Below the pieces are notes generated by a model. It did not search any database and had not been told where the DNA came from. It saw only the letters and a program-made list of their open reading frames with translations. A DNA stretch of 64,000 nt, from contig JBBQTV010000002.1 of NCBI GenBank assembly GCA_038212935.1, forward strand, positions 21,004-85,003, given 5' to 3'. Every line of letters begins with the position of its first letter. Positions within the stretch are counted from its first letter, which is position 1. Of the stretch, positions 37,292 to 47,043 are shown piece after piece. This DNA comes from Pyrinomonadales bacterium. GTDB taxonomy: Bacteria > Acidobacteriota > Blastocatellia > Pyrinomonadales > Pyrinomonadaceae. The translations under genes were made by a program, and so were the position numbers.

Positions 37292-40200
37292 CTACACCCA
37301 TGATTCCGACAGCGTCTCGGCTTGCTGAAGGACTAGGTCGATCGCGGCTTCTTGTTTGTCGGGCGGATATTTGTATTTGCGAAGTATATTCTTAACCATA
37401 ATTCGGAGACGGGCACGCACGGTTTCGCGGACGGACCAGTCGACCGTCGTACTACGCCGGAGTTTTTCGGTGAGTTCGATTGCGATCTTTTTCAGGATCT
37501 CATCGCCCAGCTCGCGGACCGATGCCTCGTTATCAGCAAGCGCGTCATAAAAAGCGACCTCATCCGTATTCAGTCCAAGCTTCTCGCCTTCGCTCGCGGC
37601 AGCTTGAAACTCTTTCGCCATCGCCACGAGTTCTTCGATAACCTGCATCGTCTCGATGGCTCGGTTGTGGTACTTATTCAGTGTCGAACTGAGCATCTCG
37701 GAAAACTTCTTGCTCTGGACAATGTTAGTTTTCATTCTGGCTTTGATCTCGTCCTTAAGAAGTCTTTTCAGAAGTTCTACGGCCAGATTTCGTTGAGGCA
37801 TCAGCTTCACCTCTTCGAGAAACTCGTCTGAAAGAATACCGATGTTGGGGCGATCAAGTCCGGCATACGAAAATATATCCAGAACTTCGTCTGATGCTAC
37901 TGCTCGGCTGAGTATCTGTTGGATTAGCAACTCACGCTGCTCATTCTTGTATTGCTTGTTTGATTCTTCGGGTTTACCGATAAACGCTTTCACAGCCTGA
38001 AAGAATGCAATTTCCTCGCGATAGCCGATCGCCTCGTCGAGCGTGCTGCACAAGGCAAAGGACTTCGTAAGAACCGTGACGCTGTCGAAGTACCTCTTCT
38101 TCCGATCGGGCCCTAGACCAAGAATATGGTCGGCGGCCTCTGGCAGTAATGTTATCGCCTCAGTTTCGAAGTCCTGATAATCAAATCCGTGGAACATACC
38201 GCGGATGATCATCATCTGTTCTTCTACTAGAGGAAGAGCTTTCTCGGCTGCGTCATTGTAGAGGTCGCCTTCACCGTCGGCTTCGGTATATTGTTTTAGT
38301 GCCGCTTGCAGCTCGTGGCCGATCCCGATGTAATCAACAACCAGACCGCCATCCTTTTCTTTGAACACACGGTTAACACGCGCTATCGCCTGCATAAGCG
38401 AATGTCCACGCATCGGTTTGTCGATATAGATGGTATGCAGGCTCGGCGCGTCAAAACCAGTGAGCCACATATCGCGAACTATGGCGACTTGGAAATCATT
38501 CTCCGGGTCCTTAAATCTTTTTTCCAGATCTTTCTTAACTAGCTTTGGATAGATGTGAGGCTGCAAACTGGGTTTATCGCTTGATGAGCCCGTCATGATT
38601 ACCTTCAAAACACCCTTAGCCGGATCGGGGTCATGCCAGTCGGGACGGAGAGCAACTATCTCGTCATAAATCCTTACGCAGATGTCGCGGCCCATTGCGA
38701 CAAACATGGCCTTGCCCGGACCGGCTGTTGTCTTCGACATCTCGGTTTGCCGAGCCTCAAAGTGCTTTACAAAATCCGCGGCGATCTTCTTTAGCCTTTG
38801 TTCCGCACCCACGACCTTTTCCAGAGCTGCCCAGCGGCTGTGCGACCGCGCCCGTTCTGTCTCTTCGTCGTCCTCAGTTAGTTCTTCAACCTGTTCGTCA
38901 AGTGTTGGGGCTTCCTCGTCGTTTAATTCGAGCTTCGCAAGCCTATTTTCGTACAGGATCGGCACCGTTGCACCATCTTCCTGAGCCTGCTTCATGTCGT
39001 AGATGTCGATGTAGGTGCCGAAGACGGCCTGCGTGTCCCTTTCGAGCATCGAGATCGGTGTGCCGGTAAACGCGATGAAGGAAGCTTTAGGAAATGCTTC
39101 GTGCAGGTAATGAGCGAAGCCGTATTTTATCTTTCCGGACTTTTGGTCAACCGTCGCGTTCAGGCCATACTGGGTTCTGTGTGCTTCATCCGCGATCACG
39201 ACGATGTTCGAACGGTCAGACAATAGCGGGAACGTTGCTTCATCTTCCAAAAGGCTGAATTTCTGAATTGTCGTAAAGATGATTCCGCCCGAAGGACGCC
39301 CCGCCAGCAGGTCGCGAAGCTCCTGACGCGTTTCCGCTTGCTTCGGAGTCTCCCGCATCAACTCCTTCGCATTCGAAAATGTCGCAAATAGCTGGCCGTC
39401 TAGGTCGTTGCGGTCCGTGACGACAATAATCGTCGGGTTCTTCATTTCCGGGGACGTAATTACCTTTCCGGCATAGAACGCCATCGAAATACTCTTGCCT
39501 GAACCTTGGGTATGCCACGCGACGCCTATCTTTCCTGTCTCGTCCGGCTTTGTAGCCTCAAGCGTTTTTGCAAACGCCTTCTTCACCAGATGAAATTGAT
39601 GATAGGCAGCAATCTTCTTTATCGTTTCTTTCTCTTCTTCAAACAAGACAAAATCGCGGATATACTCGAGCAGAAAACCGCGGCCGAATAGTCCCCGGAT
39701 GAGCGTTTCCGTCTCCTTGCTTTCGCCGAGAGGATCAAGCTGTATTCCGTCGATCGTTCGCCATCGTCCAAAGCGTTCGTAGTCCGCTGTCAGGCTCCCT
39801 ACTCTCGCTTCACGGAGGTCGGCTATCACAAGCAGCTCGTTAAAGGTAAACAGCTCGGGAATCTCAGCCTTATATGTCTGAAGCTGTTTGAAAGAATCGT
39901 AAATCGTCGTATTGATATCCGCCGGGTTTTTCAGCTCGAGAACTGCTATCGGCAAGCCGTTGATAAAGATGATGACATCCGGCCGCTTCGTGCCTTTTGG
40001 ACCCTTTATAGAAAACTGATTGACCGCGAGGAACTCATTGCTTTCGATATTCTCGAAATCGATAATCCGAACGAAGTCCGCTTTCGTTTCATTGTCTTCT
40101 TGGAACGTAACCTTAACGCCATCCCGAAGCTGCCGGTGAAACTCGCGGTTGTTCTGAATAAGCGAAGGAAAGTTCGGACGGGTTATCTGAACAATTGCAT

Positions 40201-40402
40201 CCTCTATCGCAGCCGCCGGAATGTCTAAATTGAACGCCGTCAGCCTTTCGCGCAACCGCCCGAAAAGAACAACCTCCCGATAATCCTTCCGCTCGGCCCT
40301 GTCCGTGTCAGGCGCGATCTCGTAGCCGTTTTCATAAACGTATCCGAGATCGGCCAGAATGCCGAGGAGGTGATTTTCGAACTGTTCTTCGGTTATTTTC
40401 AC
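37292..40402 (-). CDS. hsdR: type I restriction endonuclease subunit R
   Basis: N-terminal nuclease block PDVIIFINGLPIAVLELK. Helicase motifs HTQGSGKS and VVIADEAHRTQ. 1036 aa. GTG start. Confidence 0.9.
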   Translation of the reverse strand: MKITEEQFENHLLGILADLGYVYENGYEIAPDTDRAERKDYREVVLFGRLRERLTAFNLDIPAAAIEDAIVQITRPNFPSLIQNNREFHRQLRDGVKVTFQEDNETKADFVRIIDFENIESNEFLAVNQFSIKGPKGTKRPDVIIFINGLPIAVLELKNPADINTTIYDSFKQLQTYKAEIPELFTFNELLVIADLREARVGSLTADYERFGRWRTIDGIQLDPLGESKETETLIRGLFGRGFLLEYIRDFVLFEEEKETIKKIAAYHQFHLVKKAFAKTLEATKPDETGKIGVAWHTQGSGKSISMAFYAGKVITSPEMKNPTIIVVTDRNDLDGQLFATFSNAKELMRETPKQAETRQELRDLLAGRPSGGIIFTTIQKFSLLEDEATFPLLSDRSNIVVIADEAHRTQYGLNATVDQKSGKIKYGFAHYLHEAFPKASFIAFTGTPISMLERDTQAVFGTYIDIYDMKQAQEDGATVPILYENRLAKLELNDEEAPTLDEQVEELTEDDEETERARSHSRWAALEKVVGAEQRLKKIAADFVKHFEARQTEMSKTTAGPGKAMFVAMGRDICVRIYDEIVALRPDWHDPDPAKGVLKVIMTGSSSDKPSLQPHIYPKLVKKDLEKRFKDPENDFQVAIVRDMWLTGFDAPSLHTIYIDKPMRGHSLMQAIARVNRVFKEKDGGLVVDYIGIGHELQAALKQYTEADGEGDLYNDAAEKALPLVEEQMMIIRGMFHGFDYQDFETEAITLLPEAADHILGLGPDRKKRYFDSVTVLTKSFALCSTLDEAIGYREEIAFFQAVKAFIGKPEESNKQYKNEQRELLIQQILSRAVASDEVLDIFSYAGLDRPNIGILSDEFLEEVKLMPQRNLAVELLKRLLKDEIKARMKTNIVQSKKFSEMLSSTLNKYHNRAIETMQVIEELVAMAKEFQAAASEGEKLGLNTDEVAFYDALADNEASVRELGDEILKKIAIELTEKLRRSTTVDWSVRETVRARLRIMVKNILRKYKYPPDKQEAAIDLVLQQAETLSESWV

Positions 40403-40456
40403 TGATTCTTCCTCTCGCCCTGATTTCTCACTTTGTAATTTACTAATTGCTTACAG

Positions 40457-40620
40457 ATTGGAAGTTACTGATTCTGGGCCACTTAGACGGCGGGTCGGTT
40501 TTGCTATCAAATAAGCTCTTGGGTGTACAAATCCACTTTTGCTATAAAATTGGAAGTTGTTGAGTCTGAACGACTTAACCAAATGTCCCCCCTTAAATCG
40601 CATTTGCAATCAAATAAGAA
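40457..40620. repeat. imperfect ~92-bp tandem duplication in the hsdR upstream region
   Basis: ATTGGAAGTTacTGAtTCTG (40457) vs ATTGGAAGTTgtTGAgTCTG (40549). TTGCtATCAAATAAG (40501) vs TTGCaATCAAATAAG (40604). Confidence 0.6.
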
Positions 40621-42033
40621 TTAGGCCCAATAAGGAACGTAACGGGCATATCGTCTCGAAGCACTTTCAGGATCCTCTAATTTAATTAGGTCCTCGTCAA
40701 CAGCGTTTTTAATAATGCCTGACACGACATCCGCCCTAGATTCAGGCAGATCAAATCGTTCCCTAAGGGTCTGGTTTGTCATGCGTTCATTCATAAGAAA
40801 CTTCAAGCTACAGTGCTGGTAACAGGCTCGAACCTTATCCTTCTTGCTCATATCGCCAAATGGGATATGACCATAAAGAATTGCCGTGAAATGTTTCTCA
40901 CCGTTCCGAAAATCCGGAGCTGGTAGTTGCCACGTCTCCACATAAAGAACGACCTTGTCAATTCCGCTGCCTTGACGTTCACAGACCTTGAGTCTGCGCA
41001 TGATGTCCGCTAAAGTCTCGTTCCGCGATTGATAGCTATCCAGGAGTCGGTTCGGATCAATGGATGAGGGTCCGGGGTTCCCGATTTCCATTCGATCCGA
41101 ATAGATGTCGATTGTTACAAACATCCCCCTCTCATTCAGGTCCTGATGAACGAGAGCGTTAGCGACCAGCTCACGAATAGCTATGTCGGGGTACATCTTC
41201 ACATCTTCTCTGAACGCTTTCCCGATGACTTCGTTGGAGGGAAGACGCGAGTCGATATAGTCGATCAACCCTTCAAAACCGGCAATGTAACCTTTACGTC
41301 CGAAAATATCTGACTTCGTTTTGAGCTTGTTCTTTCCGTCATAAACCGTAACTCGCGCCGCCTTATCCTTAACTGCTTCGAAGCTCTGCAACTCTTTGGC
41401 GAATAACACGGCTCCCAAATTGGTAATGCTATATCCGGAGTCTGAGGACACGATCAGCTTCTCTTCAACAAACCGGTCCATGACCGTCAATCGTGTCGCC
41501 GGATAAGGGAGCTTGAGAAGGTCGAAGTATACCTGGGTATCGAGTAACCTGACGACATCCTCCGCTGATTGGTCCGCGAGAGCGATCTGCGATAGAAAAT
41601 CCGGTTTGCCCTCATCGAAGATCTTACGAAGCTGGTCAGCAGACATCGGCACTAAATCTTCGCCGACCCGCATCAAATAGGCTCCGTCGAGGTTCATAGC
41701 GGTGCCGGGTGGTCGAGGCGGAATATGAAAAATGACGACGCGACCATTTGGATGGGCCACCTCTTCGGCATCAACTCGAATACGAAGCTTATCGAAGATC
41801 TTCGATTTAATATCGTTAATATCGAGGAACGCTCGACTCCCGACAACCCGTCGTGGGTTAGCATCGTTAATCCCGAGAATTAACTTTCCGCCACCTTCGT
41901 TCGAAAGTGCAACACAGTATCGATGAAGTTTGGTTATGTCGTAGTGGTTTTTGGCTTCCTTGAATTCAAGCCTCTCGCCTTCCTCGGACTCCATCCACCT
42001 CCCAAGTTGTTCTATTGTAACCGCCAAATTCAC
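40621..42033 (-). CDS. AlbA_2 (Schlafen-like) DNA-binding domain protein with HATPase_c_4-type C-region
   Basis: ESEEGERLEFKEAKN...ALSNEGGGKLILGI (AlbA_2-type) and IRELVANALVHQD (HATPase_c_4 type). This family is commonly annotated as a putative transcriptional regulator or ATP-binding protein in R-M loci. Confidence 0.7.
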   Translation of the reverse strand: MNLAVTIEQLGRWMESEEGERLEFKEAKNHYDITKLHRYCVALSNEGGGKLILGINDANPRRVVGSRAFLDINDIKSKIFDKLRIRVDAEEVAHPNGRVVIFHIPPRPPGTAMNLDGAYLMRVGEDLVPMSADQLRKIFDEGKPDFLSQIALADQSAEDVVRLLDTQVYFDLLKLPYPATRLTVMDRFVEEKLIVSSDSGYSITNLGAVLFAKELQSFEAVKDKAARVTVYDGKNKLKTKSDIFGRKGYIAGFEGLIDYIDSRLPSNEVIGKAFREDVKMYPDIAIRELVANALVHQDLNERGMFVTIDIYSDRMEIGNPGPSSIDPNRLLDSYQSRNETLADIMRRLKVCERQGSGIDKVVLYVETWQLPAPDFRNGEKHFTAILYGHIPFGDMSKKDKVRACYQHCSLKFLMNERMTNQTLRERFDLPESRADVVSGIIKNAVDEDLIKLEDPESASRRYARYVPYWA

Positions 42034-42079
42034 CGCCTCTGTTTAAAGGATATTTGCCCTAATTATTTATCCAAGTCAT

Positions 42080-42202
42080 CCCGATTCCTTACGCTTAGCT
42101 CGTTCGCAACGCACTTCGATGTCGCAGCCATTTCGAAAATGTATCCGAGATCGGCCAGAATGCGGGAAGATGATTTTCGAATTGTTCTTCGTTCTTTCGC
42201 AT
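42080..42202 (-). pseudogene. frameshifted remnant of an hsdR 5-prime end (first ~40 codons)
   Basis: 42121..42202 aligns with 40321..40402 (...gtatccgagatcggccagaatgc.g..ga.gatgattttcgaa.tgttcttcg.t..tt..ca.). MRKNEEQFENHL.. compares with MKITEEQFENHL.. . A 1-nt deletion is present. Its ATG lies 19 nt after the HEPN gene stop. Confidence 0.7.
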
Positions 42203-42221
42203 TCTCACTTAGCACCACTCT

Positions 42222-43070
42222 TTATTTAACATTCTGGTGAATGTCGTTAAGAGCAGCTTTTAAAACTTGCCAACAAATCTTCGCTGTGTGTTCATCTGGG
42301 CAAAATCCAGACGACAACTGCTGATACGGATGAATATAATTCCTAAAATCTCGGAGCGTGTGGCTGAACTTTTTTACGTCAAGTCCCAGAATACCGAGAT
42401 TATGAGAGACGTCTATGAAATCATTCAGTGTCCATTCATGAAACTGTTTCGTCTTTCCGGAAGTTGCGTCTCTTGGACTAACCGCTGATTGATTGAACTT
42501 CTTTGGATCAGAAGACGCGAGGCCAAGTAGCAAGCCTTCTAAAACACTTCCGCAAAGAAAGATAACTGCGAACGGAGCTTCAGCTTTCAGACATTTCTTT
42601 AATTCCCTTATTCGCCCGTCTAAAATAGTGGAGACTTGCCCGTCAAGTTTCAGCTTTGACAACGGAACTTCGTCAACATCCCCATTTAGGAACTCGTCAA
42701 TCGTTTTCGGTTCCTCCCTTTTCGGCGCGGTCCTTCCTTGCAATCGGCGTGCGGTTCCTAAGCAGCTTTCCAGTAGTGGGGCTGGCGGTATTGAAGAACC
42801 ATTAACGTTCATGTCCGGATCCACAAGAACGGCGATTATGTCTTTTATTAATTTTCCGACACGAGCGTCGCTCTCGGTGTCCCAAAGCAACCGTAACCTT
42901 TTCGCCTTAGATATGCTTGGGCCTCCAAACCTTGCAGATTGAATATCCAGGCCAGTTGAATCGCGAACGAACTGTCGGAATGAGGCATTAGTGAAGTCGA
43001 GGACATAACCTGACTCCATCTCAAAGAGTTTTTCTAATTTAGATTTCTCGACGTTGGTCAAATTGGCCAT
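42222..43070 (-). CDS. AbiJ-like protein: N-terminal AbiJ-NTD-type region plus C-terminal HEPN domain
   Basis: N-terminus LEKLFEMESGYVLDFTNASFRQFV...SISKAKRLRLLW resembles AbiJ N-terminal domains as I recall them. The C-terminus has LRDFRNYIHP (Rx6H / RNxxxH HEPN motif, about aa 240-247). Confidence 0.5.
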   Translation of the reverse strand: MANLTNVEKSKLEKLFEMESGYVLDFTNASFRQFVRDSTGLDIQSARFGGPSISKAKRLRLLWDTESDARVGKLIKDIIAVLVDPDMNVNGSSIPPAPLLESCLGTARRLQGRTAPKREEPKTIDEFLNGDVDEVPLSKLKLDGQVSTILDGRIRELKKCLKAEAPFAVIFLCGSVLEGLLLGLASSDPKKFNQSAVSPRDATSGKTKQFHEWTLNDFIDVSHNLGILGLDVKKFSHTLRDFRNYIHPYQQLSSGFCPDEHTAKICWQVLKAALNDIHQNVK

Positions 43071-43124
43071 TACTGGGTTAAATCTGTTGCGATTATTTCT
43101 TCATGCGCGCTCGCACCGAGTAAA

Positions 43125-44177
43125 CTAGCCATAGAGCTTTTTTAGTGCATTTTCCGTGAATTGCATTGGATCTCCGGCGACTTTATCAATTACTTTGAGG
43201 TTAATTGTTCCAGCGTTTCGGCGGTCCCGAAGAAGCTCGGCGAATGGCACATCTAATGTTTCAAACGTAGGATTAACGACTCGAAGTTCGTTTCCGCCCC
43301 CGGCTTTTAGGAACTTCCTGATGAAATGATTGATGTGGGGGTCACGGAACGAATAACCAATGACCGTAAGGATGTTGGTATTTGCTAGCTGCTCATCCCA
43401 GACGCGAAGTAAATCGAGAAATGGCCCTTCAGTCGTTAGCTTATTCCGTTGACCGAAGATAACCATATTTGTATCGTCGAGAACCATGAATCTCTTCGCC
43501 TCATTGAGGCTCGACTTACTATAAATAATCGGCGACGGCATCGCGTCGCCAGCTAGAGAAGTGCCGGGATCTGTCCAGTACCAATAGCACGAACCGTGAA
43601 GCTTTATTAATTTTATTGTGTGATTGTTATACTGAATCGCCCCATTCTTTTCCCATGCTTTGATGCCTGTATCCCAAGAAATATTCCGATTCTCGCATAA
43701 CAATTCAACTGCGTTGTCGTAGTTAAGCGTCGCGACAAAAAGATTATTCTGCCTTTGAGCGAGATTAAGAATTGGGGCTAAGTATTCGACCCGGTTTGCA
43801 TCTTTTATAGTGGTCAACTCTTCAAGCATCCCTGTCATTCGATAGCGTATCTCTTTGAAATGGGCTGGAGCTTCAGGAATTGCGGCAAGACCAGGCTTCC
43901 ATTCTTCGACAAATCGTGCGATCTCGAGACTGTCCCGTTCCTCCAGAAGCAATAGCGCATTGTAGAGCGATTCTACATCGACACAATCTTCTTTGGGATT
44001 GAGCTTCTGCTCGTGTTCGATTAGTGTGTCATTGACGAAATTCAGTGCATCTCGAAATCTCGCGTTCCGATCGTCGGAATTGAACTTCTCGACAATGTGT
44101 TTCGACATCTTCCAAGCGCTCGGAACGCCGGCTTCAACGGATGCACCGGCGGCGAACAACAACATTTCATTTCCCAT
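43125..44177 (-). CDS. SIR2-like (SIR2_2 family) protein
   Basis: LLFAAGASVEAGVPSAW Rossmann start and IKLIKLHGS block. 350 aa. Starts 9 nt after the hsdS stop. Confidence 0.7.
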   Translation of the reverse strand: MGNEMLLFAAGASVEAGVPSAWKMSKHIVEKFNSDDRNARFRDALNFVNDTLIEHEQKLNPKEDCVDVESLYNALLLLEERDSLEIARFVEEWKPGLAAIPEAPAHFKEIRYRMTGMLEELTTIKDANRVEYLAPILNLAQRQNNLFVATLNYDNAVELLCENRNISWDTGIKAWEKNGAIQYNNHTIKLIKLHGSCYWYWTDPGTSLAGDAMPSPIIYSKSSLNEAKRFMVLDDTNMVIFGQRNKLTTEGPFLDLLRVWDEQLANTNILTVIGYSFRDPHINHFIRKFLKAGGGNELRVVNPTFETLDVPFAELLRDRRNAGTINLKVIDKVAGDPMQFTENALKKLYG

Positions 44178-44186
44178 AATGTTCCA

Positions 44187-45476
44187 TTAAACGACGTGTT
44201 CCCTTTCCTCGGCCTTATCTACTCTTAGTTTGCCCGAAATTAGGCGGGGCAATAACGATTCGCGAGTCTGACATAGCGATTGAATTTGATCGATATTCAT
44301 TTGCGCTAGTGAATAGATCGGACCAACTATCTCGTTGAAAGTCTCAAGGAGGCAATCCGATGGGATTACAATCGGAATATTGAGAGTGCTTTCAGGTTTG
44401 ACTCTTTGATGACTACCAGACGTTCCGGTTACGTGCTGCTGAAAACTGGAAATAATTTCATCGCTTCTCAATAGGCTATTCAAAAACGACCAATTCACGG
44501 CTTGACGAGTTTCGTACAAAATAAACTCCGTTGAAGCAATACACCGGCTATCCGCAACCGGGAATACGGTCCAAGCTCGAAATATGCGAGGGTTAAGCTT
44601 TGAAACCAAAACCGAATTTCCTTGTATAAGGAACTTGTTGCTTAGAATTGTCGACCCGAGCTCCCTCCTCGGATGCTTACCATCATCAAACGCGGGAATG
44701 CTGAAATGGTGAAACTCTTCATCAGGAAATTTGCCGGGTGAAACGGAATCCTTGGAAATCCTGGCAATATCCGCAACCGTTCCTCCGACCCACCCTTTCG
44801 GAAAGCCGTTTTCGAAGTCGGAGGGGAAGAGTTTGGCTATATCGGGGGAGGCGGAGGTTGAGGGGCGGTTTTCTTTGATGGCGTGGACGGGTTCAAAGTC
44901 TACAAACCAAGCCTTAAACAAAGCCCGGGCCATCGCCTCCAAAGTCGCATTCATCCGCCGGTTAAGCTCGATCTTGTCCTCAATTGCATTTGCAAAATCC
45001 GCAAGCCTCTTCTGTTCCTCAAGAGGTGGGATCGAAACGGGTAAGTTCGTAAGTGTTTCGGTGTTCAGGCGTCCCGTGCCATGACCGGCCGAATCCACCG
45101 AATTAAGTAATGAAGTTTTATTCGCTACAAGTAGGTAAGGAAGAAATTCCGGATGAAGACCTTCCTGTGGGATTACAGCCTTTACATCTTGGTTGAAGGC
45201 CGAGGGTCGTCGCAATCTGCAAATCGGAAGGTCGTTATGTAGAGTCATTCCTCGAACAAGTATGAGGGTCGATCTTGCGGGGACAATTTTTGCTTTTGCA
45301 GCACCAGCTTCAGTAAGGTGATCCTCGGAATCCTCAACCCAAAAGGTCTTCATATCCTTGGCCGATACCCATGGAATATTGCCGTTCCAAAAGTCGGTTC
45401 GAGATTTGGACGGTGTACCGCCGGATTGCAGCTTTACGTAATCGCCGAGTTTCCCCGGTGGCCATTCAGATGCCAT
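44187..45476 (-). CDS. hsdS: type I restriction-modification specificity subunit S
   Basis: KLGDYVKLQSGGTPSKSRTDFWNGNIPWVSAKDM, plus a second TRD and conserved helical spacers. Overlaps hsdM by 11 nt. Confidence 0.85.
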   Translation of the reverse strand: MASEWPPGKLGDYVKLQSGGTPSKSRTDFWNGNIPWVSAKDMKTFWVEDSEDHLTEAGAAKAKIVPARSTLILVRGMTLHNDLPICRLRRPSAFNQDVKAVIPQEGLHPEFLPYLLVANKTSLLNSVDSAGHGTGRLNTETLTNLPVSIPPLEEQKRLADFANAIEDKIELNRRMNATLEAMARALFKAWFVDFEPVHAIKENRPSTSASPDIAKLFPSDFENGFPKGWVGGTVADIARISKDSVSPGKFPDEEFHHFSIPAFDDGKHPRRELGSTILSNKFLIQGNSVLVSKLNPRIFRAWTVFPVADSRCIASTEFILYETRQAVNWSFLNSLLRSDEIISSFQQHVTGTSGSHQRVKPESTLNIPIVIPSDCLLETFNEIVGPIYSLAQMNIDQIQSLCQTRESLLPRLISGKLRVDKAEEREHVV

Positions 45477-47043
45477 ATCCTATCGTCCCTAGGTGTGACC
45501 TAATCTTTTCCTCTAAATGCCGATTTTCCACAAATTGGGCGCTTAGATCACTAGTTAGTCGGGCCATCTTCTCTTCAAACCCCTCATCGTCGTCTTCTAT
45601 TTCTGCGGCTCCGACATACCGTCCCGGAGTAAGAACGTAATCGTGCGAACGCACCTCATCAAGTCCAACAGATTTGCAGAAACCTGGAACATCTTCGTAG
45701 GCAAGCCTGTCACTTTCGCTTGCAGTACTGACAGAAGCGTCTTCGTCCTGTTTCCAGGAATGATAGGTTGTGGCGATTTTTTGAATATCTTCATCATCGA
45801 AAACGCGGTTGACGCGGTTTTCGAGGCGGCCTAGTTTACGGGCGTCGATGAAGAGGATCTCGCCTTTTCGGCGTCCTTTGTTCTTATCGAGAAACCATAG
45901 GCACGCCGGGATTTGGGTGTTGAAGAAAAGCTGTGCGGGAAGGGCCACCATGCATTCCACGGCGTCCTGTTCGATCATTTCCTTGCGGATCGTTCCTTCG
46001 CTGTTCTGCGAGGACGACATCGAACCGTTGGAAAGGACCACGCCGGCACGTCCGTTCGCGGCGAGGTGGTAGTAAATGTGCTGAAGCCAAGCGTAGTTTG
46101 CATTTCCCGCCGGGGGCGTTCCGAATTGCCATCGCGGATCGCCTTCGAGCTGTGCGTTCCACCAATCGGAAACGTTGAACGGCGGATTCGCCATTATGTA
46201 ATTGGCGCGTAGGTCGGGGTGCTGGTTGCGAAGAAATGTATCTGCCGGTTCCTTGCCCAAATTAAAGTCCATCCCGCGGATCGCAAGGTTCATAGCCACC
46301 AGCCGCCACGTCGTCGGGTTTGATTCCTGTCCGTAAATGGAAATATCGCCAAACCGCCCGCCGTGCGATTCCATGAACTTTTCCGACTGAACAAACATTC
46401 CGCCTGATCCGCAGCAGGGATCGTAAACCTTGCCGGAATGCGGTGCGAGAACTTCGACTAGTACTTTTACAACGGATGCAGGAGTGTAGAACTGCCCACC
46501 CTTTTTACCTTCTGCATTGGCGAACTGGCCGAGGAAGTATTCGTAAACCTCACCCAGAATATCTTTCGCATTATGCCCGTTGCCGTTGAAGCCGATCTTC
46601 GAGATAAGATCGACGAGTTCGCCGAGTTTGCCCGGCTCAAGCTCGGTTCGCGCAAAGCGTTTGTCCAGCAAACCTTTCAGTCGCGGATTCTCTTTCTCGA
46701 TCTCAACAAGTGCATCGTCGATGTATTTGCCGAGGATGGGCTGCTTTGCCCGTTCACGAATCCATTCCCAACGCGATAACTCCGGCACCCAAAAGACATT
46801 TGCTGCCGTATAGTAATCGCGCTCTTCGAAATCTTTGACTCGGTCAGTCTCGTCTTCAATGAAGTATTCATCGCCAGGATCAGAAAAACGTCGTTCAAGC
46901 TCCGTTCGATGTTCACCAAACGAGTCTGAAATATATTTCAGGAAGATCAACCCGAGGACGATGTGCTTGTACTCGGCGGCATCCATATTGGAGCGGAGCT
47001 TATCGGCCGCGGCCCAGAGTGTCTTCTTTATTTCGTTATCCAT
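45466..47043 (-). CDS. hsdM: type I restriction-modification methyltransferase subunit M
   Basis: HsdM N-domain (LWAAADKLRSNMDAAEYKHIVLGLIFLKYISD), SAM motif VYDPCCGSGGM, catalytic IMANPPFN. ATG at 47043 (alternative GTG at 47073). Confidence 0.9.
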   Translation of the reverse strand: MDNEIKKTLWAAADKLRSNMDAAEYKHIVLGLIFLKYISDSFGEHRTELERRFSDPGDEYFIEDETDRVKDFEERDYYTAANVFWVPELSRWEWIRERAKQPILGKYIDDALVEIEKENPRLKGLLDKRFARTELEPGKLGELVDLISKIGFNGNGHNAKDILGEVYEYFLGQFANAEGKKGGQFYTPASVVKVLVEVLAPHSGKVYDPCCGSGGMFVQSEKFMESHGGRFGDISIYGQESNPTTWRLVAMNLAIRGMDFNLGKEPADTFLRNQHPDLRANYIMANPPFNVSDWWNAQLEGDPRWQFGTPPAGNANYAWLQHIYYHLAANGRAGVVLSNGSMSSSQNSEGTIRKEMIEQDAVECMVALPAQLFFNTQIPACLWFLDKNKGRRKGEILFIDARKLGRLENRVNRVFDDEDIQKIATTYHSWKQDEDASVSTASESDRLAYEDVPGFCKSVGLDEVRSHDYVLTPGRYVGAAEIEDDDEGFEEKMARLTSDLSAQFVENRHLEEKIRSHLGTIGYGI

